Below, piece after piece: positions 12,304 through 24,757 of a stretch of DNA of 64,000 nucleotides (position 1 is the first letter of the stretch; every line of letters starts with the position of its first letter). The translations under genes were made by a program, and so were the position numbers. Origin of the DNA: Amphiscolops sp. MND2022 (lineage: Eukaryota); the NCBI GenBank assembly GCA_964187785.1, contig OZ076421.1, positions 41,106,001-41,170,000 on the forward strand. The letters run 5' to 3'. The notes under the pieces are model-generated. The model had not been told where the DNA came from and did not search any database. It was given only the letters and a program-made list of their open reading frames with translations.

Positions 12304-13992
12304 TCAAACTTGTAAACTGCAACACTGACTTTGAGCAGAGTATTTTATACAGAGCTCATTTGACTTTGACTCGACACTGAATAATAACAATAATATCAGA
12401 ACTAGAAATATTTACAGAAGAAGTCCAGATTACAATTGTACATATAGTACAATTAATCCTTACTGCAACTGGCAATCAATCGGGAAGCGGACTCAGAGAG
12501 TTCCTCTCCACAAAGCAAATGACTGTGTCGTTTTCCTGGTTCCGGAACACGAAACGGCTGTAGGGGAGCATTCTCTCCTGGCGCATCGTCTTGAAGACAG
12601 GCTTCGCCACTTGTACGTGTGGGCTCTAAGTTCTCCCTTATCTGAACTCTATCAAAATGTCTGACACTGTCCCAGGGACTATATACATCGCTAAGTCCTG
12701 AATTGCCGAAGGACTGCTCTAGAGGCAGAAATTGAGATGCTGACAAATCAGATGTAAGGACATCCAATCCGCGGCTAACGTAACTGGGGTACGACTGTAT
12801 GGGGCAATGACGTCAAACATGGGACTGAGGGGATCGTCAGCCCGATGAGAACCGAACTTTACAGGAGTGAAGGACATTCGAGGCTCATCTAAGCATAAAC
12901 AGCTCAAACGAAATATCCAGCGCAAATGAGGCCTAGCCTCAAGGGATGTCTGACTAGAGACAAACTCTACGGCATCAGCGATAAGGAGCTTTGGCTGTTG
13001 GATTCCTGGGTGAGCAGCACGGGACGACATCGAGAAAGGACATATTCCTCGGTATAAATTGACTCCTCTTCGAATTGAAATACCCCTCGTAGCCGGAAAC
13101 TAGTGAATAATTGCATGAAACAATAGGCAGCATTTTCTAGGGGATCCACAAGTAAAAGACCGAGGTCAAAAGAACCAAGTCCCTTGACAATATCAGTAGT
13201 GAAGCGAGTTAGTCCTTGAGTCCCTTTAAAAAGGAAAATGACGTAACTTCGGGCGTTACGTCCAAACTCTTCTTTATAATTGCTGGTGATTGTTTCTAGA
13301 GTCAACCCTTCGTTCATCTTTCCTCCATTTTCTGCTTCAGCTCTTGCCTTGCAAATAGAGTTGAGTCGAGAATCTAACTTCGATCGCCAAAAGAAATCCG
13401 CTATACTGAGGACCTTAACATCGGTAATTTACAAATTAAAAATTCCTTGGTGATCATTCTCGCCCAGAAAGTTGATTGATCGAATGCACCTCCTGCCCAC
13501 TTTGAATAGAAATTGGCCCAGTTCTTGGTAAACATGGAACCCTCGGTCCCTTAGATGCTTCGTGTTCAGGACGAAACTCGTGGTAAAATCCCGAATCAGG
13601 CGGTAGAATAGATCCAGTCGGACTGGGAAGAAGTCGTCGTATACTAGGGCCCAGTCAAGGCTCTGTGGCTACAACAAAACACCTTGGTGACGCCCTAGCA
13701 TAACACAATACGTCAAGGCAAAAGCATGCAAATTTTGTAATCCAATGCGAACAATTAGGAAAATTGGACTGAAGGTCCACTTGCCTACAAAACTATCTGA
13801 GCGACACAACGTACTACACCCTAAATATAACACCTTGAAGGCGATATTATACTAAACCTGCTTCCGGACTCCTTGCATTCTTTGTGTCACAGAGTGAGAC
13901 GAGAGGTATTCGATCACTTTAGGCTAATACTTCAACAATTCTTGACACAAGGTAGGCAAACTGTTGATGTCCAACTGACAGGATTTGATGGC

Positions 13993-14087
13993 CTGCAATG
14001 CAATGTATTATTGAAATCAGGACCCGAAACAACTTAGCAGAAACCAAGAATGATTGTAACCCTGGACAGCTCAGGAGAAAGCATCAC
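13993..14087 (-). other. Predicted phase-0 intron (95 nt) in the antisense gene
   Basis: Donor GTGATG at 14087 after a TAG that is probably a mutated CAG; acceptor ttgcattgcag at 13993; joins LGLELE(Q) to AIKSCQLDINSLPTLCQELLKY. Confidence 0.5.
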
Positions 14088-14545
14088 CTATTCCAGTTCT
14101 AATCCCAATCCGAGGGAGACGATCAGATGCTGCAATACACAAAAGAAATCGATATGTCCGAAAACGCTAGAATTTTTTTTATGCATCAGCGAGCGTAGTT
14201 GAAGTTCCTCGAAGCGGTGCGGACTTTGTACTGAATATTTCCCATACGGACTGTCATCCAATAGCTGTACTGTCCTGGCAGTACAGCCGGTAACGCTGAC
14301 AATCTCAGGCCCTGTTGAGATGGCTCCCATCACAGTTGAAATTAAGGAGATTTCTGCTTGGGTCTGGCCATGCGCCCTCCCAGTGCATTTAGGAACACTC
14401 GGCATAATTTGTCATCCATCCAAAATCACACGAAGATTAGGAGGAAGATCCCGTCATTGGCAAACTCAAGTGAATATTCGCCATTCGCTACTATGTGATG
14501 ACCGATGTCATTCAGGTTTTCGAGGAACATGTGGTGAAACAGGAC

Positions 14546-14691
14546 CTGTAACATAGAACAACAATCAATTCAATGGATGTAGGAATGTGGACCGAAAGAC
14601 CAAACATTAGGTGTTTTGCTGTACTCAACGCCTAGTTTTAATTGAGTAGTGCGACCGATTGAGATTTACTATCAAAAAAAGGAATATTTAC
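14546..14691 (-). other. Predicted phase-0 intron (146 nt) in the antisense gene
   Basis: Donor ACT|GTAAAT at 14691, acceptor ttacag|GTC at 14546; splicing joins ...WTKERLT to VLFHHMFLENLNDIGH... in frame and removes a stop. Confidence 0.7.
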
Positions 14692-16123
14692 AGTGAGGCG
14701 TTCCTTCGTCCAGTTAAAGTCGGTGATGAGGGACTGGTGGTTCACGACAACCCCAATGTCCCGCCAGAAATTTCGCAAAATGTCTATGTCGCCATAAGTT
14801 GGCAAGAAGCGGCCCAACATTGATATTTGGATACGGGCACGATTTTTTGATGAAGAAGACATGTGATCGGCTCCGGCAATGTACTTGTCATAAAGTGGGC
14901 GTATTTCCTCTATATCGACCAACTCCACATCTTTGAACTTTTGGTAACTCAAGGGCCAGTTGGAATGGAGTTAGCAGCTTTCCATCCTTACCCCGGACTT
15001 GAGGAATGCGGGCCTGGGTGTAAGGGTCTATTTTGTAAAGGTACTCGTACCTCCAACGCTGGTCCTTCCTAAGGTGCTTTTCGGTCGAATGGTGCCGGAG
15101 GATCTCTCGGGCCCCTTTCGAGTATATTGAAATGTTTGCCTCACAAATTTGGCCCTGACACGAAAGTCCTCGTCTATTCCATTTCACGGGAGTAAGCCTC
15201 TTTCATGACTTTACAAGTCCGGGACACCGTCCTGCGTTTGATCGTACTACTAGTACCTTGTGTCTTCTTCCACAAATTCGAGGATATACTTCGTTGCTGG
15301 CGATGGCTTCCTGTTTTTAGGCAGCCAGTGTTTGCAATCCGGGACTATCTGCTGTAAAAGAAGTGAGTTGGGACCCTGGGTCCGCCCGGCTACAACTGGG
15401 GATGGAAGAAGTTCGGGGAAGATCAGGATAAGCTCCAGATTCCGAGTGCTCAAACGAGTAGCCTATGCTGTCAAGATCCTCGTCACTCCTTAGAGCGCCA
15501 CTGGTGTCACTATATCCTCCAGATGAAGGTATTTGATCCCTGCCAGAACTGGTCGCCACGGAAGTGCCCCTTTGCGAGGAACTCTTCCTGCTTGAGTGAG
15601 TCCCACTGGGCCGTGCAGCTAGAGATAAACGGCTGGCACGAAATACCTAATTCTCGAGCATGTCGTATGATGCCCGGGCAGTCTCATCGGCCACAACTCT
15701 CATTACAGTGGAAATTTGACTTTCCGTGGAAGCCACGATTGGGTGGCCAGGGGGAAGCCGAAAGCGTTCACTCTACTCAAAGTGCTCTTTGATCATTGCT
15801 CGACTCCTTCCTCCGAGGGAAGCGTCCTTGGGCTCGACTGGACGATTGACGGGGTAGCAACAATCGACTGATCGCTACTATCAGGTAAGGTGTAGTTGGG
15901 TGCAGTCTTCAATGCATCGGCCAATGTTGAACCAGCATTGTGTCCGGATTCAGAGTCCGAGGCGCGTTCGAACTCCGATTCACTCAGCTCAGTGAATGGA
16001 GGAAGAATCGTAACAGGGGTGTCGTCTCCATCTTGTTCATCGCGTTGAGGTTGTAAAACTGTGGTTAAAGTTTGGTCACCGGAAGTGAGCCGAATTGCGG
16101 AACTGGATGAAGGAAGGGAACTC

Positions 16124-16369
16124 TGTTTGAGTTCCAAGTCAATGATAGCTTGTATTTTAAGAGTCGAAACGTGTGAACAAAAAATTTTCTAGTTTTCATT
16201 GCCGAAAATTGCCAGCAGTTAATCAACCGCCATTAATGTTATCAAACAAGTTGTGATTTCTGCAATTCTTGACCAAAGAACTCGTTGTATTTGTTCTGCC
16301 GGTCCGAAATTAATCTCTTTGAAGAATATTATTCCTTTTCAAGACGAATTTATCAAACGAGGCGAAACA
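16124..16369 (+). repeat. BEL-1 5' LTR
   Basis: Starts TGTTTgag, ends gAAACA; aligns to 23018-23264. Confidence 0.9.
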
Positions 16370-16372
16370 ACG

Positions 16373-16388
16373 TGGCGCCCAAATTGTG
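16373..16388 (+). promoter_or_regulatory. BEL-1 primer-binding site, tRNA-Lys(CUU)-like
   Basis: TGGCGCCCAA 3 nt after the LTR matches the first 10 nt of the canonical Lys(CUU) PBS TGGCGCCCAACGTGGGGC. Confidence 0.75.
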
Positions 16389-17599
16389 CAACAGCTCACC
16401 CCTTGAACAACTTCGCAACAGAGATTTTGAAAAGAGAAAAAACTTTTCAAAACTCAAGAAACCGAAAAACTTTTAAACATTTGAACCTTTAAACTTCTTG
16501 TACTTTTCACTTAATTTTTTGAATTAATTTCATGTTGCCCCTAGTGCAGTGCGCTTACTTGAAAAACAAATAGTACCAAATTTCGGCAAAGAACCCCTTC
16601 AAAAAAACTGTCCCTCCAGGTAATGGTTTTTATTCTTGGCGCGAGTAATATCGACCGCACGCTATGAAATCTCGACGGTCACACTAGGCGTCGTCTCCGT
16701 CTTGACGTACTAGGCGTTCGGAGTTTATCGTTCAACGGAAACAACAGCAAGCCGGAGAAAACAGTTCAGTATCAAATAAACAAACTCCCAGTAAGTCGTC
16801 GCGAGGACATTGTCATTTTGCACGACGTTATAAAAAACTCCCTTAGTGCCCACAAAAGTAACGGCAATCAACCTTTAGCTGTCCAACAGTTACTGAACGA
16901 GATCATTCTCATTCGCCACCGTATCGTTGCAATAGTCTACGTGCAACGTGACGGAACTCCTTCTGTCTTCTGCCGCCTGCTAGCTGAAACTGGCCTGCTA
17001 GTCTTGCATATAATTGATGACATTCATTCTACACAGCAACGCAAGCGAGGACTAGACATGAATTTGTATCGATTGGTACATCCAGGTTTTTCTGTTGAAA
17101 GGAAAACTGTTTCACTTGTTCGCTGGTCTTCAAATAATCTTCGTCGATTGATTGCATGTCCTCAGCGACCAAGCAACAAAACTCGCAAATCATTGAGGTA
17201 AAAGTGGCCATTGCTGAAACTAGAAAAAATCGCCAAGCATCGAAACAGTTTGAAAAAAAGCTGAAAGGCAGCCGAGCCTGAATCGAAAAAATTCTCGTGT
17301 AGAGAATCGTACCGCACCGTTCGATCCGTAAGCTGCCATGTTCGCGTCCTCTGCCCCTAGCATACATTTATTGCCTGAAACATAATCAACAGTTGCGCTC
17401 GCAGGTTGCTACTCTATCAGTTCACTCGAGGACTTCAATTCGAGTGGATTGGGTTGTTGGTTGATTCGAGATACCTGATTTTGCAGTAGCACCTTCTTTC
17501 TGTTCGTTAAGGTGTTTTTTTGTTTTCATCGAGTTTTTGTTTCTGGGCACGAGTTGCCGCTCTAATCGGCGGACTCGAGGACTTCGACCCGAGTAGCGT

Positions 17600-20500
17600 A
17601 GGTCGTGCGGTGATTTGAGTTGCCACCTACAGCGGCCACTCGTCTCCCGGACACATTAGTTTCCGGATTTGAAAACGCATCGTTCTGGCCTGGGAGCACC
17701 TCTTGAAAAGCAGAACGAGGCAGAGATGCAGAGATGCGTCTAGCGTTGCAAGGAAAACAACAGGAATTAGAAGAGCTTGCCGAAAAGAACCGGCAACGTC
17801 TCGTTTTAGCCAAAAATGATGAAGTCGAACTTCGCGATGATGAATTGGCTGTAGAGGAAGAAAATATTCTCCCTGATGTCTTCTCCGCAGATGCCAGCCC
17901 TGCACACGAGGAACGTCATGGGTAAACGCCGTACCCACCGGTGGTTTGACAGGTTTCGCAACTTTTGACCCGCAAAATGTGTTCTGTTCCCCATTGGATC
18001 AAGTTACTGATCATCATCGAACATCTGTTTCTGTTCAGGGGCCATCGTGTACTAGATTAGACAGAAATTTCCTATGCACATCCACTGCGTTCAATCCATC
18101 ACGTGTTTTCGATCCATCGGCTCAACCCAACGCTGTTGCCAATGCACCAATAGCTGTGCCAACCGACGATGAGCGTTTTTTGAAAAATACAACGCTAGCT
18201 AACTTGAAACTATCACAAACGTCGAACCCACCGACTGGGCGCATTACTGTTAAGGATCCACTTGGTGGCAGTAAGGAGCCAGTTACTATCAAAGACCTTG
18301 CCGAATTGTTCACTTCGAGTCGCAAAGATGTCCTGCCCGAATGGAACCTTTCTGAGTTTGACGGCGATCCTTTGAATTGGCCTGAATGGTTTTGTCAATT
18401 CAATAGCACTGTAAATTCCGCTGCAATCTCTGACGATGCAAAGATGAATTACTTGAAGACATATGTCAAAGGCGAGGCTGCTCCAGAGATAGCTCATCTA
18501 GCGTATTGCGGGACGATGTATAAGGAAGCACTCGAAGCTCTGCAACGACAATTCGGTCAACCCCACAGCATTGTAGCTGCGCACCTTGAGAGACTAAATA
18601 ACTATCTCTAGGTCAAAATGCAAAACTTTGAAGCAATCATTGCTTTCACTGGAATTGTTGCAAGTTCGGTGGGGGTGTTCCGATCGCTTTTGTACGACTC
18701 CGACTTGAAAAGTACTACGCTCTTGAATCAAGTAGTTTCAAAGTTACCACCAAACATGAAAGAAGGTTAGTCACCACATGTAGTTCGAAAGCGTTTTGTC
18801 CGTCCTTCTCTGATCGATTTCAAGGATTGGCTACAAGAAAAAGGTTACGCTCACTACCGAATGCGCACACTTCAGTCTTCAACTCAACCAAAACTGGACT
18901 CCAAGAGTTAGGTAGTGAAATCAAAAACCTTCTCGCGTTCGTTTCAAGCCAGTTTGACCGATCCAGTGCGCAAAAATGCGACCAGCCCCCCAAAATGCGT
19001 TGCTTGCAACGAAGCACATTTTCTTTGGCGTTGTACAAAGTTCAAGGAAAAAAACACCCACTGAAAATTATTAGCAGAAGGTAAACTTTCGAAATTGTAG
19101 CAGGTCACTGAAGTGTTCGAAAGAAGGATGTAACAGCTCACACAATACACTGTTACACGGTGCGGACAGAATTTTCCCGATTCGGGAAACAACGCAGGAA
19201 ACACAGAAGTCGAAAACGCACCTGAAACAGTCTGGCACAAAAAATGCTTCTTTTTCAGTGTCAGCAACTGGTGTCAAAGGTCTTTTGCAAATTTCACGAC
19301 TTTCCGTATCCACAAAAGAACGAAGTGTAAACACATTAGCACTCTGTGATTCTGCCTGTAGTCACTCCTGGATATCAGCTGACCTTTCGAAAATGCTGGG
19401 TTTGACTGGCAAACCCCTACGTTGGACCGTCTGTGGCATCATCACACAAGAAATTATCGACACGACACGAGTAAAAATTCGAATTGCATCATGCGGTAAA
19501 GAAAATGATTTCGCCTAAGAAAATGCGCCCTTTTTAAAGAACGACATCAACGTGGTAATCGATACTATTGATGTGAATCAGTTACAGCGGGAGTATCCTC
19601 ACCTGGCCCCTCTTTCATTGCCAAACTACACGTATTCGGACGTCCACGTTATTTTAGGTCAAGATGCTTCTGCTGCGATCCGCCCAATCGAATACTTCGA
19701 TTGTGAACAACCGAATACTCCAGTAGCCGTCCGACTCCTGATTGGTTGGGTACTAAGTGGCCCTGTGCCATCATCTACTTATCTGCTTTCGTTGTGTTTC
19801 AAAGTAAACAACAGCGACTTAGATTTGTCCGAGCAAATACGGTCTTGGTATGAAATGGACTCATTCGCTGCTTACAAACAAGTTGACCTGCGTTCGAAAT
19901 CCGACCAACGCGCGTTGGCAATGTTAAAGTCGTCTACTTGTTTCGACGGTTAGCGGTATTCTGTAGGCATGCTTCGGGCGGAAGACAACTTGACCCTGCC
20001 AGACAAATATTTTTCGTCCCTAGCACAACTGAAATCGCTCGAGAAACGCCTCGAGAAGGATAGCGATTTGCAAAAGCATTACTCTGAAACAATCAAAGTT
20101 GATCTCGAAAAAGGTTATATTGTCCGAGTTCCAGCTTACAGAAAAAACAGTCGAACGTCAAAAGAGTGGTATCTACCACACCACCCAGTATTGATTCCCA
20201 ACAAACCGGGTAAAGTCCGGAGGGTTCTAAATGGAGCGGCTAAGTTTCAGGGACAGTCACTGAACAATAACTTGCTCATTGGACCAGACCTTCTACAAAA
20301 TCTTGTGTGCGTTCTGTTACGATTTCGAGAACATCAATTCGCTGTTTCAGCAGACATTCAGGGTATGTTTTTACAAGTTGGCGTCCCAGTAGAAGATCAT
20401 CCCTCCCTTCGTTTTTTGTGGCGGGAGGATCCACGTGATGAGGTGTCAATTTTCCAATACTCGTCATATCTTTGGGGCAAAGGATTCCCCAACTTGTGCA

Positions 20501-22985
20501 AAATTTGCTCTTCAACAGACTGGTCGTGATAATCAGGCGCAATTCCCTGAAGTAGCAATGGCCATTGAGGAAAAATTCAATATGGACGAGTATCTGGACT
20601 CTGCTGAATCTGTAGATGTGATTCTTGAACGATGTGAAAGTTTAGTCAGAGTTTTCAAACAAGTCGGGTTCAAACTAACCAAGTTTGTCAGCAACGTGCC
20701 CACTATCGGCTTGAAACTAAATGATGATGAAAAAAGAGAAGAAGACCCCACCGATTCCAGGCAATTTCTATTGCAAACCGCTGAACCATCTTCCTCTCAT
20801 GTGCTTGGTCTCAAATGGGATCATAACGCAGATAGTCTCGTTGTCAGTAGAGGAGTGTGCAAGACGTATGACAACCACGTTACACAACGCGTAGTGCTGT
20901 CTGGTGTTTCGTCTATTTTCGACCCACTTGGTCTTGTCGCTCCGTTTACAGTCAAAGCAGGAATACTACTGAAGGACATTTGGCGCTCCCAAGGTCAAAA
21001 TTGGGACAACACCCTTCTGCTGAATTTCCAACGTGCCTATAAAGAATGGTCCTTGGAACTGTCCCAGTTATCCAAAATAACCATCAAACGAAGTTACTTC
21101 AGAAACATGACTGAAATCCCAGAACTTCATTTTTTGGTGATGCGTCTCAAGAAGCCTTTAGCGCAGTAGCATTTCTCCGTTGTAGAGTAGTCCAACCCGA
21201 TGGAAACCACGAAACCAAATTGTCGTTTTGGGAAAGCACGTGTAGCCCCAATGAAAGCACTTTCAATACCAAAACTTGAGCTTCAAGCGGCTTTATTGCC
21301 TGCTAGACTGAAAGAACTGATTTGTAAAGCACCAACTTTTGAAATCTCTTCTATTTTTGTTTGGACAGATAGTACTACAGTTTTACAGTGGTTACAATCA
21401 ACTCAACGCCAACCGGCGTTCATTGCACACCATGTAGGTGAAATCTTAGATAACACTACCTCCGATCAGTGGAACTACGTTCCTATGTCTAACAACCCCG
21501 CTGACTCAGGAACCCGTGGGCTCTCAACTCATGATTTGAATTCCAATCACTGGATTTGCGGCCCTCCTTTCCTGAAAACGGATCAATGGCATTTCCAACC
21601 CTGGTTGTTTCCTTCCAAGTAAAATTACGGAGGAGGCAACAACGAAAGATGCGCTGAACGTGGAAAGCATGACTTCCACTTGTGAAACAAATTTGATTGA
21701 CTGGTCAAAATTCAGTTCCTTCACAAAAGTACGCCGCGTCATGGCCTATGTGCTGCGATTACTTACAAAACATCACCACTTCCGCTCTGGGAAGCAAATT
21801 GTCGATCCTGATGAGTTAGCCAGAGCCGAAGAGAAACTTTTCTATCTGTCACAGGTCGAAACCTTCCCATCAGAACACAAATTTCTAAAATTGAAACAAA
21901 ACTGTAGTGCTTCTAGTCGAATTGCAACCCTGACTCCGTTTTGTGGTCCTAATTTGGTAATACGGTCCCGAGGTCGACTTCGCCGTCTCATGGATTACGA
22001 TTTCCAGTCAAAGCACCCAATAATTTTAGATTCCCGCCACCCGTTAGTACGTCTACTTCTCGAGTCCTCACATCGGGAAAATTTTCATCAGGGCATAGAT
22101 TACCTGCCAGTTTTTGTTCAGTCGCGTTTCCATGTGTTGCGATTGCAAACTACACTACGTAGTATTCAATTATCCTGTGTTGTTTGTCGAAAACGCAGAG
22201 TTAAACCTTCGCCTCCTATCATGGCTGATCTTCCGACCGAACGACTAGGAGTTGATAGCGCCACTTTCAGCTACATCGGCGTAGACTACTTCGGTCCCTT
22301 CTTTGGCAACATTCGCAGGACAACCGAAAAGCGATGGGGCTTCATGTTCACCTGCCTGACTACCAGAGCTATTCTTTTAGAAGTTGTTGCATCCATGGAT
22401 ACAAGCTCTTGCGTCATGGCTATCGAACACTTCATAGCTCGCCGGGGCATGCCCAAAACGTTATGGTCTGACAATGACACTAATTTTGTTGGTGCCGAAA
22501 AGGAGTTAACCCAATTTTTTTAAAAACTTGAGTTACAACTCCATCAGCTCAACTCTCGCTGGAAAGGGGATTCGGTGGAAGTTTAACCCACCAGGCACGC
22601 CATATCAAGGTGGCAGTTGGGAAAGAGTTGTCCGAAGTTGTGAACAGGTCTTATAGGTAATCTTGAATAACCGTCGATTGACTGAAGAGGTCTTGACTAC
22701 TGCGCTGTGTCTCGTAGAACAGGCCGCAAATGCTCGTCCGCTCACTTCGTCGGTAAGTAGCAAAATCACCGACATGGAAGCGCTGACTCCAAACCATTTT
22801 TTGCTAGGTCGTAACCCGGTCGAAACCCGGAGACCTAGTCTGGATCCTGGACCCAATTGTCCTCGGGGCTATTACACGATGGCTAGAAAACACAATTGCA
22901 ATATGGTGATGACGGACTATCTCGCTCCGCTGAGCTCAAGACTCCTACCGGCACAATCGTTCGTCCAGTTATTAAACTAATAGCA
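17600..22985 (+). pseudogene. BEL-1 gag-pol (Pao gag, Zn knuckle, protease, RT, RNase H, integrase), many stops and frameshifts
   Basis: LSEFDGDPLNWPEW..KMNYLK (Pao gag); ALCDSACSHSWI (protease); WYLPHHPV, ADIQGMFLQV (RT); KARVAPMK..IPKLELQAA (RNase H); GVDYFGPF, SDNDTNF, GGSWERVV (integrase). Start position approximate. Confidence 0.92.
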
Positions 22986-23017
22986 GTTCTCGACACACCG
23001 ATTTCCGGGGCGGAGGG

Positions 23018-23264
23018 TGTTTCAGTTCCAAGTCAATGATAGCTTGGTTTTTTGAAGTCGAAACGTGTGAACAAAAAACTATCTAGTTTTCATTGCCGAA
23101 ATTTGCCAGCAGTTAATCAACCGCCATTAATGTTATCAAACAAGTTGTGATTTCTGCAATTCTTGACCAATGAACTCGTTATATTTATTCTGCCGTTCCG
23201 AAATTAATGTCTTTGAAGAGTAATGTTTCTTTTCAACACGAATTTTTCAAACGAGGAGAAATCA
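23018..23264 (+). repeat. BEL-1 3' LTR, preceded by PPT ggggcggaggg (23007-23017)
   Basis: PPT immediately followed by TGTTTcagttcc; aligns to the 5' LTR; right end altered (see findings). Confidence 0.88.
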
Positions 23265-23751
23265 AACGAGGAACTGGATGAAGGAAGGGAACTCCGAGGG
23301 CGTTTGAGTGAAGTATTGGATTGCTCTGGCTCAGGAGCCTCTTGGACGGAATCTGGGGGATCGAGGAATACGACCTTTGGATGGCTGATAACCCGTGCGC
23401 TGCTAAGCTCGTGCTGTTGTACCTCAGGAGTTGATTCCGTCGCTTCACTGACGCTTTCGCGTTGGGCCATTTCAGTTACCTCTGCAAAGTCTGTTGCGGC
23501 AGCCTCCTCCATTTGGATCATCTTACAAGTAATGTAAGTTCCGCAGCTTTCATTGGACCCACTGCTATCCTTTCCGAAAAATCGAGAAACGAGGGACTGA
23601 CTAGGACAACGCTGTAGCTGCGGAGTCCCTTGGTCCATTGGCTGTTAACGGAGGGGATTAACAAAAATGACCTCTTCAGTACGCTCAACACTGGATTGGA
23701 GTGACGCAGTAGCAGATTCAACACTGTCAGGCTCCTGTGTGGGTTGGCCAT
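23265..23751 (-). pseudogene. N-terminal low-complexity part of the Gypsy antisense gene
   Basis: ATG at 23751; reads (one frameshift, one stop) into ORF 23204-23638 ...SNTSLKRPRSSLPSSSS, which continues in frame at 16123 (SSLPSSSSAIRLT) once BEL-1 is removed. Confidence 0.7.
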
Positions 23752-23883
23752 TCTTTTCTTTGCCCTTAACGGAAAGAAATAAATTTGCGCGGTTCACTTT
23801 CTGAATATGAATCCATTTTGCCGCGTTTCAAAATCTTCCGGAAGTAAGATAGGACTAATGTTTCAACACGAAAACATTTCACG

Positions 23884-24235
23884 ATGGAGGAAGTAACATG
23901 AGTCGACGCTAAACCCTGATCAAGTTTACGCTAAGACAAAATTAAACGAACCAACCTGATGCCGTTTTCATATCGAATAGGCAGAATTAGACATACGGGA
24001 GCAAGTTTTCTCTTCGGGGCAGTTGAGGAAATCCTTTCTGAGCTGATAGGCAAAAAGATAGCTGCTAGTTTGATGAGGCCAGAAGGACTGGAGGTCGGAC
24101 CCAGACAAATTGTGAAGAATTTCAATTCAAAAGAAGATCAATTGGAATTGTGAATTAGTATTTGGAGAATGAATTGCTGGAAGGACAGTATCACCGTAGG
24201 AACAGCAATACGAACCTTATTACAAACACAGAATT
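23884..24235 (+). pseudogene. Short, heavily decayed sense ORF of unknown function in the Gypsy accessory region
   Basis: One frame reads ESTLNPDQVYAKTKLNEPT*CRFHIE...DWRSDPDKL*RISIQKKINWNCELVFGE...EQQYEPYY with many stops; divergent from the antisense gene start. Confidence 0.3.
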
Positions 24236-24757
24236 ATCATACTGGTTGAATGGACACTTTTACTGACATAACTTAACTGATGAACTGAACACTAGAATAC
24301 ACTAAAAATTAAACCAACTCATACTACGAGTTGGCACATAAAACTATCTAACATGTCGTGGCTGAAATCATATCTTTTTAGCATTAACTTATATAACCTC
24401 AGAGTAATCTCACGCTTTCATGTTTGTGACCTACCAGAAGCACTCATGAATCTATTTCTTTCTTTTTCTACTTAAACCATTCCTCTCACCTGTTAGAGCA
24501 TCAAAAATTTAACTTCGCCATCTTAATTCTTTTTATTAAAGACTTTATTCATCACAGTCATCTAATTGATCAGCGTATTGAGTGTAGCCACTCGGACCGG
24601 TGGTCTTTGATGCTGTAATTGTTTACCACTAGTTATCACTAGTCAACACTTCCATTGATAATTACCTACTCACTAGTTATTGAACAAATAATTGGAGTGA
24701 CCCTCGAGAATCAATTAAGAGGTGTTACAAACTCATTCATGAAGTTTACCAAATATT

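Larger units (their letters stand above)
12453..16123 (-). pseudogene. C-terminal ~3/4 of a spliced antisense gene encoding a Zn-finger plus degenerate hAT-transposase-like protein
   Basis: Chained minus-strand ORFs 15793-16137, 15317-15559, 14888-15187, 14638-14952, 14088-14405, 12967-13317, 12719-13030, 12453-12767. Motifs: C-x9-G-x5-RH-x5-H (ICEANISIYSKGAREILRHHSTEKH); YSLEFANDGIFLLIFV*FWMDDKLCRVFL resembling the hAT first catalytic strand; IVKGLGSFD. Confidence 0.65.
16124..23264 (+). mobile_element. Full-length BEL/Pao LTR retrotransposon (BEL-1), decayed, nested in the Gypsy antisense gene
   Basis: Two ~246-bp LTRs (16124-16369, 23018-23264; ~90% identical by eye) with TGTTT...AAACA ends, PBS, PPT and gag-PR-RT-RH-INT order. 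Confidence 0.92.

Noticed and set aside
13790-13857. Possible third intron in the Gypsy antisense gene
   Set aside because: A donor-like GTTTAGT is present, but the nearest AG acceptor gives a phase mismatch.
16609-17389. Initially read as the BEL-1 5' LTR
   Set aside because: The true LTR pair is 16124-16369 and 23018-23264, supported by PBS and PPT; this segment has no second copy.
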